Assembly (NCBI RefSeq): GCF_036971445.1
Contig: NC_091475.1
Coordinates: 55,800,001 to 55,864,000, forward strand
Direction of reading: 5' to 3'
Length of the DNA: 64,000 nucleotides
From: Narcine bancroftii
Lineage: Eukaryota
Shown in pieces: positions 48,265 to 61,092 of the stretch. The position numbers were made by a program, and so were the translations under genes. Every line of letters begins with the position of its first letter. Position 1 is the stretch's first letter. The notes below the pieces were generated by a model. The model was not told the DNA's origin. It did no database searches and saw nothing but the letters and a program-made list of their open reading frames with translations.

Positions 48265-49831
48265 ATTTTAGTTTATTGGAAAGTGGATATTCTGCAATGA
48301 ATGTGCATCATTTGGCTGCCCAAACTTGTTCGAATGCAGTGGGGTTTCTCCTAGCTAGTGTAAAGGTTCTGATTTGTAGAGGAAGAGATGGTGGATGGAA
48401 TCGAGGATGCTTCAAGAGCTTTGAACCTTGGCAACCAGCTACCTCAGAAACCTTCTTACATGGTTAGGTGACAGACAGAACACATATACTGAGTGGCATT
48501 GGTGGGATCTAGTGTGCTGTTGTCGTGAAAAGTATTCTCCCGCTAATGTTCCACAAAGTCACAAGTATTCTGCTGGCTGATATCAAAGTGACCTGAGTAA
48601 TTTGTTCAGATTGATGAATGGAGAGCGCGATGATGGACATCTAATATGTTGGAACGTTTCTTGTGATGCGCTGAAAATTGCAACATTACACATAGGGTCC
48701 TTCATGGTGGTTGGATCCAGGGCCACCATGCTGAGAAAAGGGATCCAGGTCAGACGGAGCTGGAATTCTCCATGGCTTTCGCAAAGGCTCTCAGGCAGGA
48801 ATGTCAGTGGCCCAAATGACCTGATATATAAGCCGTCAACTTTCAGACACCTCTGGAGTAGAACACTGGCGAGACCTCAGCTTCTGGAGACCTGGAAGCT
48901 GCTGTCTTCTCTGCTTGATTGCACTCTCTATGTGGTTACCCCCTAACATAACCACCATCTTCAGAATTCCAATGACTGGGTTGGTAGTTGGTGGTTGCAA
49001 TTTTCAGATCAAGTCCCTTTTCCTCGTGGCCCTTTGACTGCAAGACCTGAAGAAATAGTAATAAGGGTCATCACTGTGGGGTCTTCAACCAGCTTCACCA
49101 TCGACGTGACTGGTCCAATGTTTGTCAACCTCCTTCCCACTTGGCCAGGTACGAGTTCTTGGTGATCTGGTAATGGTTCGATGAGGGGGCAAGAGATAAA
49201 TGGGAGCGACACTGAATTGTGGAATGAGAGAAAAGTTGGATGTGCCGTGGAGAATTAATGCAATCTGATGCCTTCGTACTGTGGCTGAATACAAAATCTC
49301 ACAGATCGTGTCCAGCACACCCCTCCAGCAAGTGAGCTGATGGGCACCGACTTAACTGATGCTGGACTGTCATTGTAGAGTGGATAGGTATGGTCCAATT
49401 CCACAGGAGCAAGAGATATTAAATGTCTTGGACCATGTGTAGGCGATAAGCCTGCCATGGATCAATCACTAAAAGTGTGTGAAAACAGTGAGGTGGGGAT
49501 GTTGTGGTCAGGGTGTGAGGAAGTGGTAGGGCATGTATATATGTCCCCATTGATAAAAAAAAATGTATTAGTGAGCAAAGTGGGTGCATTGTGTGGAGCA
49601 AACCACAAGGTTAGTGGTGCAGTTTTGAGTGGTGTACTCATTAATGTCCTAATAAGGTCTTTTAAATTCATTCATGTGGCATGTTTCATCTTGCACTGAT
49701 CAGTTTGTCCCATTCCCAAAGAATTCAGGACTTGACTCCCGAGGAAGCAGGGGTACTTTTCTTATATACTCCATCTTTCCAAGTAAGCTAATGGTTCACT
49801 CCAATCAACCCGCAATTGTGAAATTGAATCC
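48265..49831 (-). other. unassigned decayed coding-like segment
   Basis: acceptor-like ttggctttattgcaAG at 49833-49832, AATAAA at 48277-48272, protein-like stretches with stops; no TE motif recognised. Confidence 0.25.
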
Positions 49832-50319
49832 CTTGCAATAAAGCCAATAAATAACACAATTAACATAGTTTCATATTATAATCTGTAAGGAGGCCAGAGC
49901 ACAAATTGGCAAACATCTCATTCTAATTGAAGAAGGGCATCGCAATCCCTAATCACATTTTACAACACTTTCCAATTCAACAAATTACAGTATTTATGTC
50001 ATGGTACAAGCAGCTCATAATGCAAGTTTCCACCGTTACCAATGAAATATATATTGAACAAATATTTCTGTCACAATTCTGATGAAATTGTCTGCAGTCA
50101 GACAATGGCCAGATGAATTCTCTGTGGGGATTATTTGGGCTGTTTAAATGATGTGATCCAAATCCTGCTGAGCACTGGGGCTGCAAATTCATCCCTCACA
50201 ATATTCAGGTCCAAGCTTGTTACAGGTATCACAACCAAGGCCCTTCAAGGTTTCTGAGACAACACCAATCAGCAATCACTTTACATGATAGATAGAACAA
50301 GAGGGCTGACCAAGCACAT

Positions 50320-50455
50320 GCAAAGACTGGTAGATCCAGGATACTCTGTTCGCAGGAGTCCACTCGAGGTATGTGAGGCAGTGACAACTCGAGTTGGGAA
50401 AGAAGGACCTCGCTAGTCATGTTGAGCTGGCCAAATCATGGGAACAGGCCAGGTC
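50320..50455 (+). mobile_element. isolated Gypsy gag fragment
   Basis: close match to 54325-54452. Confidence 0.85.
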
Positions 50456-50617
50456 AGTCAGCAGATGAACTGGCCTGACAAAGGCCAAGCCGTTTTAAGA
50501 ACAGAATATAAATGTTGCAGCACAGTACGGGGCACTTCCAAACATACCTGAGTACTTACCTGTGAAGCTAAATATCCCAAACATTATGGTGCCCTGAAAT
50601 GAGGGCTCTGTGTATAA

Positions 50618-51612
50618 TGTTACAAGCCCAAAACCCAGCAGCATTAGATTTTCACCAAGACAAGTGGTTTTTAAAACAAAAGTTATTTTTAATCAATTTT
50701 AAACATGAATATAGAATCAAATTTTAACTTAACTCTATACTTAATTAACCCCCTTCTAATTCTAAGTGCAAGTGTATGTAATGTGTGTGTAAATTTAAGA
50801 AAAGTTCTTTGGTTCACAGTTCAATCTCACTTCTCCTTCTTCCAAGTTCTCTGGATGCAGGCAATTCTTATGCTGTGCACAGAATTTAACATGTATAAAG
50901 TTCACCAGGCTTTGGTGCTCGAAAGGTAAATGTTTACCGCTCAGGAAGGTTCTTGTAGAGTTTGCAGAGAGAGAGATTTGTTATTCCAGGATTTCCACAA
51001 CTGAGGTACCTCCATTAGTCACCTCAATGTCTCGCTGATGAAACTTGCCCCATCAGGGTTTTCCAGATGGTAACTTCTTTCTTCAAGCTACCACAGAGTT
51101 CCATTCCTCTTATTCCAAGAGAAACATCAGACAGAGCATTTCCAGCCATCCACTGCTTTGGAACTTTGCTTCCAACCAGTTCTTCCTGGCTTGCAGTGTT
51201 CAGCAGCTTTAGTGTCACCCACACTAACTGGGAGAGCGTCTCTTCTCTCTCTCCAACTGAAACTTCCAGCAAACGCACATGACTCACTCACTTGCAAAAC
51301 CCCCACCTTCTTCAGCAAACCACAGCAGTTCTTTCTTCTGCTCAAGCTGTTGTTAGATAAACAAAACCCAAGATGATCTTCCTGTGCACTCCAACAAAAC
51401 CCTTGAAAAGAGCTTCCAACAGCCTGAGTGTCTCCAGTCCATTCATTTTATGATGTCATACTTGTGAAATGTGCTTAGCATTCTCCATTCTTTCTGCAGT
51501 TATTGAATATGAATTCTTCAGTCTTTCAAATAAGATCTGTCTTAAAATGTGTGTATGTATGTAACCTTACTCTCAATCTCACAAATTCCTCTCAATATTA
51601 TAATTCATTACA
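50618..51612 (-). mobile_element. solo LTR of about 1 kb
   Basis: TG..CA, 4-bp TSD ataa at 50614-50617 and 51613-51616; reverse-complement homolog of 57301-58262. Confidence 0.9.
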
Positions 51613-51804
51613 ATAAAAAGTGCTGTAATTTCTACAAAGTCAATCCACATTGTGTACAAATAACCTTGAATAAAATGTGGAATGTGCACTTCAATTACAC
51701 ATGAATTCTTTGATTATAAATGTAAAACTGTGGAGCAAATGGGGCAAATAAAGGAAAAAAACTGTCTATTCCAATTGGAGGCGTGTGTGTGTGAGAGAGA
51801 GTGA

Positions 51805-52640
51805 GATCATGGCTATCCCTCGAGGTCGAGGATGATGGACTTTGTTCTGTTGATCTATTTATGGGTTGTCAAGTGGTTTATGAGTCCACGCTTGGCTTTG
51901 AAAGGTCTTCCACATTCAGGACAGGTAGATCAGCCTTTGGCTGTTGCTGCTTCTCTTTCCATTTACTTCTCTTTTCTTCCAGTTCTGCACATCGGACGTC
52001 ACTGTTCTTTCCCAGATGATGGTTGGCCAGAGTTTCCTGTCCTTGGCATTGGTTTCCCAATTATTGATGTCAATGTTACATTTCTTCATGTTGGATTTTA
52101 AGGCATCTTTGAATATCTTCTGTTGTCCACCTCTTTTACCCTTGCCTTCATTAAGGTTGGAGTAGAAGATTTGTTTTAGCAGATGTTCATCTTCCATCTG
52201 AACAACATGACCGCTCCATCTTAGTTGGTTCACAATAATATAGACTTCAATGTTTGTTATTTTTGCTTCATTTAGTATGCTGACGTTAGTTCTTCGATTT
52301 TCCCAGCTGATATTTGAAGACGGAGTTGATGGAACTTTTCAAATACTTTCAGATGTCGTCGGTATGTTGTCCAGGTTTCTGATGCATGGGAATCACCAAC
52401 GCTTATTACACTAACTTTTGGTGTCTGTTTGAATGTCATGATCATAAAAGACTCTCAAAAGCTATTCCAGGGCATTTAAGAGGATGTTGGATCTCGTCAT
52501 TAAGGTCAACATTGGAAGAGAGGTGTCTTCCAAGATACTGAGAGTTCTCCACATTTTCCAGGGTTGTTTTGCCAAGGTGATTTGATGGTTCTATCAGATT
52601 TGTCTCAGTTGGTGACGGTTGGTAGGAGACAGGGAACTCG
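51805..52640 (-). mobile_element. RTE-clade LINE 3' fragment, second older family
   Basis: NQLRWSGHVVQMEDEHLLKQIFYS..GGQQKIFKDALK; LENVENSQYLGRHLSS. Confidence 0.9.
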
Positions 52641-52659
52641 TTCCCTGATATTGTAAAAT

Positions 52660-52870
52660 ACAAATTTCATAACATTTGGCTGCAGGCTGCCATGTGGAGG
52701 TTTACTCCTTCAGTTTTGTTGGACCTCACTCTGGCAGTCGAGCGGGCCCAGGATGGACAGGTCAGTGTGGGAATGGGAAGGGCAAGTCGAGTTGAAATAG
52801 AACAAGACTGGGAGATCAGATTGACCACTGGGTGGAGTCCAAATTGAATAGTTGGCAGAAATTAGCAGCC
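52660..52870 (-). mobile_element. Penelope 3' remnant
   Basis: reverse of cccattcccacactgacctgtccatcctgggc..cagcctgcagcc, similar to 36680-36800. Confidence 0.65.
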
Positions 52871-53509
52871 CCTAGGCCGCCAGGACACAAACCATCATGG
52901 CATGCACACTCAAAAAAGAATTTAAGCTGCCATTGTCCCTTGTGAGGTTAAATTTGGCACAAAATCTCTAAGCAGCATGAGAGAGAAAGAGATAGAGCAA
53001 GAGAGAGAAAGGGGGAGAAAGAGAGACCACAATCGCAATCCATGACAGAGTGGGAGGAAGAAATAACTGAATCAAAAATTATATTCTGCATTGATTTGTA
53101 GAACTTTTATCTCAATCTACACTAAGAATAGTTAATTCTTTTGTGCAATATAAGCACCGTGCTGTTCAGAACAAGCAGCTTAAAATTGGACATTGCATAA
53201 TACATTTTATTCATTTCTTTATCTACTGCCTTGGTATTGATGCCCTACAAAGAGAATTCATAATTAAATTAAAATAAATTGAATCCCATTTATTTTGCTT
53301 CTTGTGTGAGGCTGTTAATATTTCCTTTCCTCATGGCTGAATCCTGTACTACAAAATATAGTGTTGTATTGACAAATCATAACAATGTAGTCGATGTTTC
53401 TGCAACCAACTGCTCACCAGGAAACTGATTAAAATTGGCTGTACAGTTTTTTGGGTTCGGTGCCAAATCATCTTACGATGACATCCAGAGATTTGTTTGC
53501 TTCAGACCA

Positions 53510-53710
53510 ATGCAATGCTCTTACAGAGCTAGTTCGAATCTGTCACTGTCTGTAAGGAGTTGGTGCATTCTCCCCATGTCTGCGTGTTTTGTATCATCCA
53601 GGTGCTCCCGCTCACCTTCCAAAAACATACACTATTTGAAGGTTAATTGCTGTATTTGAGCGGCATGGGCCAGATGGGCCTGTTACCATGCTGTACGTCG
53701 AAATTAGAAA
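53510..53710 (+). mobile_element. tRNA-derived SINE, diverged
   Basis: agttcgaatc B-box, gtctgtaaggagttggtgcattctcccc core. Confidence 0.8.
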
Positions 53711-53723
53711 AAAAGTTAATGAC

Positions 53724-53929
53724 TGCAGTGAACTGGAATTCACTGGGAGAGTGCTGTATTGAGGACTGGCCCTGTCTCCCGGCTGCACCCCCATTTACCC
53801 ATATATAACCCTGGTTTCCCGCCTAAACCCAGAACCCCTCTGAAGCCTACTAGTGACCGACCCATTGTTGAAAGCTAATAAAAGTGTTTGCTCTCCCTCC
53901 AGTCAAGTGTGAGCTTTTATCGACCTACA
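53724..53929 (+). mobile_element. 5' LTR of a truncated Gypsy element
   Basis: TG..CA, TATA-like tatataa near 53803, AATAAA at 53877-53882, followed directly by gag; start could alternatively be 53755. Confidence 0.85.
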
Positions 53930-53940
53930 ATTTTATTAGG

Positions 53941-54980
53941 ATGGAGGCGTTACTCAAGCCCAGCATACTGCTAATAGACCCCCAGTCCCCCGACATGGCT
54001 GAGGAGTTCGCTTATTGGCTAGACTACTTCCAGGCCTACCTGAATGTGACCAGGGACATCTTCCACACAGCTCCGAAGGTCAGCGCTTATCTCCAGGGTA
54101 GGAACGAAGGGGTACGCAGTTGTCAGAGACTGCCAGACATATAAAGTTGCCATCGAGACACTGAAGGCTCACTACATGAAGGCCCCGAACGAGGTCCTAG
54201 CAAGGCACCGGCTCGCTTTACGTCGCCAATGGCCCAAAGAGTTGATCGATGACTGCCTGCTGGATCTGCAGATGCTTGCTAAGAAGTGCAGGTATGAAAT
54301 GGCTTCGGCCTGCGTCCAAGAAGACAAGAAGATCCAGGACACTCTGATCGCAGGAGTCTACTTGAGGTATGTAAGGCAGTGACAACTCAAGTTGGGAAAA
54401 AAGGACCTCGCTAGTCATGTCAAGCTGGCTAAATCACTGGAACAAGCCAGGCTCAAAAATGATGATCTCGAAGCCAGCAAACTCGTGCTCTCAGGTGAGC
54501 AACTCCAAGGACTGGCTGCTCTCACTACGGCTGCCCCTGTTCTAATGACTGCCGCTTCCTATGCCAGGGAGTGCTTTTTCTGTTGAAAAGGACAGCACCC
54601 CCAAGCCTGCTGCTCCATCTGCAGAAAGAAGGGACATTGGGTGAGGGTCTGCTGCATGAATGGAGGTGCAGGGAAGTCCACGGCCTGCACTGCTCCTGGA
54701 TCAGATTCTAGTCCCAAGCTGTCTGTCCAAACTCGCCCAAGATTGCCTGCTGTGTGTCCCACTGCCTTTGGAAATGGCGCAAAAAGGCTCAGAGGCCATC
54801 TTACTGTGGCCCGAATTCAAATTCAGTGCCATCATCGCCAGAGGAGGAAGGAGGGTGGCCATCTGGCTGTGCCACGAGGTCGGCGGCATCTTACTTGCAC
54901 AGGTCGACTCAGGATGGAGGGGACCACTCAAGCGAGAAAAAAGGTGTCTCCAGCAAACTGGCATTGCTGGTCCTTGACCA
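53941..54980 (+). pseudogene. Gypsy gag remnant (Mag-like, double zinc knuckle)
   Basis: MEALLKPSILLIDPQSP..FAYWLDYFQAYL, NEVLARHRLALRRQ, IQDTLIAGV, CFFC*KGQHP..CSICRKKGHWVRVC; stops and frameshifts; no pol or 3' LTR. Confidence 0.85.
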
Positions 54981-55285
54981 GAATAGACAGAGTATATGTG
55001 AATAGGCTCTTCCCCTTGAGGGTAGGTGAGATTGGAATGAGGGGGCATAAGTTAAGGGTTAGGGGTAAAAAGTTTAGAAGTAACATGAGAGGAAGCGAGT
55101 GGTGACTGAGTGGAATGACCTTCCGAAAGAGGTAGTTGCAACAGGGTCAATTTTGTCATTTAAGAGAAAGATGGATGAGTGGATGGATGGGAGGGGATTG
55201 GAGGGTTATGGTCAAGGAACGGGTGGGTGGGTCTAGAGGATTTCACTTAAATCAGTGCGGACTAGAGAGGCCGAGATTACCTGTT
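54981..55285 (+). mobile_element. CR1 3' fragment truncating the Gypsy element
   Basis: IDRVYVNRLFPLRVGEIGMRGHKLRVRG. Confidence 0.85.
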
Positions 55286-55691
55286 TGTATTCCACTTGAC
55301 CCCAGAATCTGCAAATGTTCTTGTGTCGCATACACTTCTGTTGAATGACTGCAAATGACTCAGTAGAGATATCCAGGCTATAGATACCATCTATTCACAC
55401 TTTCTGGAAGGGAATAGCAAAGGCACATTTGCTGTGCTCACTCCTGCCTTATCGTACATCAGTTCTCTAAAGCTGCATCAAGGTTCAAAACAAAATATAA
55501 CTACTTCTGGCAGCCTGAATGCGGATCAATGGCCGTCTTCATTACCCATAATCCCCCATGCAGCTGGAACTGCTCTGCTGGTGCCAGTGCCAGGGAAATG
55601 TGCGTCAATTCTACAATGCCAAATACATACATGGAGGCAACCCATGCCAGATTTGTCACGGATTCTGGTGAGCTCTGGCACCTAAAAAAAA

Positions 55692-56046
55692 NNNNNNNNN
55701 NNNNNNNNNNNNNNNNNNNNNNNNNNNNNNNNNNNNNNNNNNNNNNNNNNNNNNNNNNNNNNNNNNNNNNNNNNNNNNNNNNNNNNNNNNNNNNNNNNNN
55801 NNNNNNNNNNNNNNNNNNNNNNNNNNNNNNNNNNNNNNNNNNNNNNNNNNNNNNNNNNNNNNNNNNNNNNNNNNNNNNNNNNNNNNNNNNNNNNNNNNNN
55901 NNNNNNNNNNNNNNNNNNNNNNNNNNNNNNNNNNNNNNNNNNNNNNNNNNNNNNNNNNNNNNNNNNNNNNNNNNNNNNNNNNNNNNNNNNNNNNNNNNNN
56001 NNNNNNNNNNNNNNNNNNNNNNNNNNNNNNNNNNNNNNNNNNNNNN
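55692..56046. other. assembly gap
   Basis: run of N. Confidence 1.
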
Positions 56047-56939
56047 TATAATGTACAGTTAAACAATCACTTTGGCAACCCACTGATATATTTTAAACAT
56101 AAAGTATAATATGCTTCTATCCAAATTCACGGCACTCATGGAACAAGATGATATTACTAAACAGCTATTCACGAGGAACGTGAACGGAACAGTGAAAAGA
56201 ATAAGGGCAATAAGACCACAATGAAGATTTTATTAAAATGTGTCATTGACGATGCTGGAGTTTCATGCATTCTGCCTTATTGGCTAAATTAAAATGAGTC
56301 GGGAGCATACACAATCAACATGACTCATTACAATTCCCACACACCCATGGACGGACTTGCTGCACTGTATTATCAGCCCTTGTGTTGACCAGAAATAAAA
56401 TGTGACACTGGCAGTTAATTACATGTGCTCCATAAAATATGAGCTAAATCATCAGGGCAACCAAAGATGTTTCATGTTGTCGAACAGGATTTGTTCATAT
56501 GGGAGGGAAGAGCGATTTGATATTTACTGAAGACTTATCAACACACAATGCCTGAGGAAAACCATAATAAAATACATGAAACTTTCCAGAGGAATAAATT
56601 ACGTGTTCAATTCTTCAGTGAAATGTGCCACAGATGTAAATGCTGAGTTCAGGTAGTTTGTCAATAAAAAATGGCATTTAATTTGCACACTTCAAATTTA
56701 AATTACAGTCAAAAGTGGCCTTGTGCTTGAGTTCAAACTGTAAAAGAAATTGCTATGGAAATAACATGGCAAAATTTCATTCACCATTCTGTCTGGGGCT
56801 GGAGTGTACTACAGAATACGATATAAACCAGTGGAGGTGAAATCTGCATAATGCTCAACTCGACTGTAAGGAGATTCTCTCTCTCTGTTACATTGACTAT
56901 TTTGGGAAGCATGCTCACTGAAATGCAGCCAAAATATTT

Positions 56940-58670
56940 ATAGCTTTGTTAGTCCTTGCCTCAGCCACCACTGGTGTGCAGATAAATGCATTATTGTTGA
57001 TTTTGGGAAGGAAGACGTCCAGGGACTGCACATCTGTCTGTGTTGATGGAAGAGAGGTGGAGAGGGTGCGAACCAAGTTCCTGGGACTCCATATGTCAAA
57101 AGACCTTTCTTGGACATATGAAGGCCATACACCAGCGCCTCTTCATCCTCAAGAGAGTTTGAGGAGATTTGGCATGTTGCTGGGTACTCTCTCAAACTTT
57201 CACAGATGCACTGGTTGATTGCATCGCAGCCTGGTTTCAGTAATTCAAGAGCCCAGGAACACAGAAGGTACCAAACCTAATAAGGTCCATCACAGGCTCT
57301 TGTAACAGGGTATATAGAGTACATGGATATGTTTTTGGGAGATAAATAGGGAAAGGTTTGTTAGAGTAGGTTACATACAAACACTTTAAAACAGATGTTA
57401 TTTGAAATACTGGAGCTCTGCTAATGCTAGACATAGAGGTTTCTCACAGCTTTTACAAGAGCTTTCAAGAGTGCCCAAGAGACTTCACTAATGGATTGTT
57501 GTTTACCAAAGGCAACAGATGAAACTGCAGGCTGGAGTGGTTGCTGGAAGGAGAACTTGCTATTGTAAGAGGGTCATATGGTTTTGTAAGGAGGGGAGAC
57601 AGAGAGAGAGACAGAGAGGTGGAGAGGGAGAGAGAGAGATCACATACAGTGTTACAGCCAGCAGAAGTAGCTGGGACTGAAACAGAACAAGCTGGCAAGC
57701 CTATTTGGAAGATGGCCTGATCAAAGCCCTTGTGGTTCATGCAAGAAGAGGCTGTCTAATGTTTCACTTGGAATAAGAGAAACAAAAAGGAACTCTGTAG
57801 TGACCTAAAAGAAAGAGGTTATCATCTGGAGAGCCCTGAAGGGGCAAGTTTTGTCAGCAAGACACTGGAGTGGCTGGTGCAAATAACAAATCTCTCTCTG
57901 AAAATCGACAAGAACCTTCCTGAGTGGTAACCATTTACCTTTCAAACACCAAAGCCTGGTGAACTTTATACATGTTAAATTCTGTGCACAATATCAGAAT
58001 TGCCTGCAACCAGTGAACTTGGAGGAATGAGAAATGAGATTGGACTGTGAACCAAAGAACTTTTCTGAACTTACACATACGTCACATGCGTGCGCTTAGA
58101 ATTAGGAGGTTAAGTTAAATTAAGTAAGTCCATAAGACTTGAATTACAGTGTAATTATATTTTCATGTTTAAAGATAATTAAAGCAACTTTTGTTTATGT
58201 AACCATTTGTCATGGTGAATACCTATTGCTGCTGGGTTTTGGGGTCCTCTGGGCTCATAGCACTCTGTCCTCCCAACCAGTGAAGACATCTTTGGGAAGC
58301 ACTGCCTCAAGAAGGCTGCCAACATCATGAGAGACTCCAATCATCCTGATCACAACCTCTTCTTTCTGCTGCCCTTGGGTGGAAGGTGCAGAAGTCTGAA
58401 GACCAGCACCACTCGATTCAAATAACAGTTTCTTTCTAACAGCCATCAGGCTCTCAACCCTCCCCTTTTTACATGAATCAGAGACCACTACAACACAACA
58501 AAAGGTCTGCCTGCACTAATTTTTTTTTACATGAGAATTATCTTGAATACTTTTTTATGCAGTTATTGTCTTTTTTAATGCAATTCAGATTACTATCACT
58601 TTGTTTGTAAATGCCTGTTCAGCTTCTGCAAGTAAGAATTTCAGTGAATATGTATATGACAATAAACTCA
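56940..58670 (+). mobile_element. Rex1/Babar-like 3' fragment split by a solo LTR
   Basis: VERVRTKFLGLHMSKDLSWT, LRRFGM..LSNFHRC, KAANIM.DS.HPDH, tail tgacaataaactc. Confidence 0.85.
57301..58262 (+). mobile_element. solo LTR of about 1 kb
   Basis: TG..CA, 4-bp TSD ctct at 57297-57300 and 58263-58266, ATTAAA near 3' end. Confidence 0.9.
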
Positions 58671-59220
58671 GGATTAATGTCATAATTGGTTATGAAGATG
58701 ATTAATTCTGATTATTACAGGGTTTTTTTTATCATATGCAAATATAAAAAGCTGCTTGTAAAAATGGCAATTTAAGAATTAGATGGTGAAATTACAAATT
58801 TATTTTAATTCTTCAAATATACATAACACCATAAGACATAGGAGCGTAATTGGGCCTTTCTGCTCAGACTCTGCTCTGCCATTCAAGTCATGGATCATGT
58901 ACTTTTCCTCTCATTCCCATTCTCCTGTCTTTTCCCCATAACCTGTGATGTCCTGGCTAATCACGAATCTACCAACCTACGCAATAACTTGGCCTCCACA
59001 GCCATCTGCAACAATGAAATCCTCTGATTCACCAGCCTCTGGCTAAGGAAATTCACTTCATCTCAGTTCTTGAGATTTGTCCTTTCATTTGGAGTCTGTG
59101 CCCTCCAGCCCTAGACCTTCCCACTCTGAGAAACAGCTTCTCTTCATCCACCCTTCCAATATTCAGTTGGTTTCAATGAGATGCCACCTCATCCTTCTAA
59201 ACTTCACAGAGTACAGGAGC

Positions 59221-59937
59221 AAAATAAAAACGGTGGCGCTGCCAGAACCTGCTGTAATGAGAGCGCTGCTGCTGGAACGACCCATGGGGAATGGAGACAC
59301 AGCACTCCCATGGGGTCCAACCACCCAGTACGACTCCTGTCACTTCTGGACAGTCTTTGAATGACCTGTTCAAGGAGCTGATGGTAGTTTTATTTAAAAT
59401 CCCATGACAGGAGGATCTGCACCCAAAATGGCAGCACCTATGATCAGCAGTAGCCATGAGGGGTTGCAGACTCCAAGGAACCAGAGGACTGGCGCAGGGC
59501 ACCCGAAAATGGGGAAACTACCTACCCCTCCCCCCGCCCATCTGAGACTACCACCAACCTCCCGTCTGAGTAGAAGATGCAGAGGAGATGACCCAACAGG
59601 ATGGCAACCATGTCGGCAGGCCAGTGAGGAGTTCTGCGGCTGAAGGACCCTCATGCGCGGTGGGCCATTGGCAATGCAAGGCGAGGAAATCACGCAGGCT
59701 GGGGGATGCTGGAAACTGTTGCTGATGGTTTGGACTGGACTGTGTGGCCTTAGAGGCTGCAGACCTGCTGGAGGTGAATCCATGGATACTCAATAAGTTT
59801 GCGGGAGCTCTCCTTTGCTTCTCTTTCTCTGAATGTCAAAGGTTCTTCAGGCAATTTCCGCCGATAGTGAATCTGTCTGCCTTGCAGCAGACAAAAGGCA
59901 ATTTTGTGCAATATGACATGGTAATAAATTGCATCTA
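59221..59937 (+). mobile_element. non-coding retroposon with Rex1-like 3' tail nested in CR1
   Basis: homologous to 38795-39310; tail catggtaataaattgcatc. Confidence 0.65.
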
Positions 59938-60414
59938 AAATTTTGAGATTCTTCAAATGATCCTGATACATTCAACTTCTTATTTTCATAAGCCTCCTCT
60001 GGGCCCTCGCCAATGTCAAAACATCCTTACTTAAATATGAGGACAAAAATTGCTCACAATATTCTAAATGTGGTCTGACCAATGCCTCACAAGGACTCAA
60101 CATTACATCTTTGTCTTCCTTTCTCTTGAGTTAACCTGCAAGTTAACCTTCATGCACAAGGACGCCCAAATTCTTTTGGACCATAACTTAATGAATTCAC
60201 TCCTGATTTAGGAAATAGGCTATGCCTTTATTCCTTCTTACAAATGCATGACCATACACTTCTCTATGCTGTAATCTATCTGTCTCTTTTTGACAATTCT
60301 GGCAACTTTTATGCAAGTCCCACTGAAGAGTTATTGCTTCCTCAACACTGACCCACCTCTCCATCAATCCTTGTATCCCCTGTGAACTTGGCCACAAGCC
60401 ATTAATTCTATCAG

Positions 60415-60670
60415 CAGTGGTTTTCAAACTGCCCTCCTAAACTCACATTCCACCTTAAGCAATCCCTATGCCAGAGGTGCTCTGTGATTAGATTAAGGTG
60501 GTATGTGGGTGGAAAGAAAAAAGGTTGAAACCCACTGTTTTAATCATCCCTCATTGACTCATTATGTGCACGGTTTCATAACTCCAAAGGAAATGGGCCA
60601 ATCAGCACTTATGGCATAGGAATTGCTGAAGATAGAATGTGAGTTCAGGGGGGTAGTTTTAAAACCCTTG
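60415..60670. mobile_element. hAT/Charlie-like MITE, deleted variant
   Basis: cagtggttttcaaac start, shared arm and spacer with 24820-25188; no clean TSD. Confidence 0.8.
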
Positions 60671-61092
60671 GTTTAAATCATTTACATCTAGTGTTAAAAG
60701 TAACGGTCCCAATACCAACCCCTGCAGAACTTGGGTGATCACTACCAGCCAGCCAGAAAAGGCCCCATTTATTCCCACTCTTGCCTTCTGCCAGTCAGCC
60801 AATCTTCCACCCATGATCATACCTTTTCTGTGATATCATGGGCTCCTATCTTATTTTACAGCCTCATGCATGGCATCTTTCAAAGGGCTTCTGAAAATCC
60901 AAGGAGATAACATCCACAGACTTTCCTTTGACTATACTACTCTTTACTTCCCCGAAGATTTGCATCAAGCTAAGATTTCCCTTGAAGGAAACCATGCTGA
61001 CATTAGTGGATTTTATCATGTGATTTCAAGTACCCTAAAATCTCATCCTCCATAATGAACTCCAGAATCTCACCAACCACTGAAGTCAGGTA

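Noticed and set aside
50618-58262. Single element with long inverted terminal repeats (DIRS or Polinton-like)
   Set aside because: Each repeat has its own 4-bp TSD, one interrupts a Rex1, and the interior is unrelated debris.
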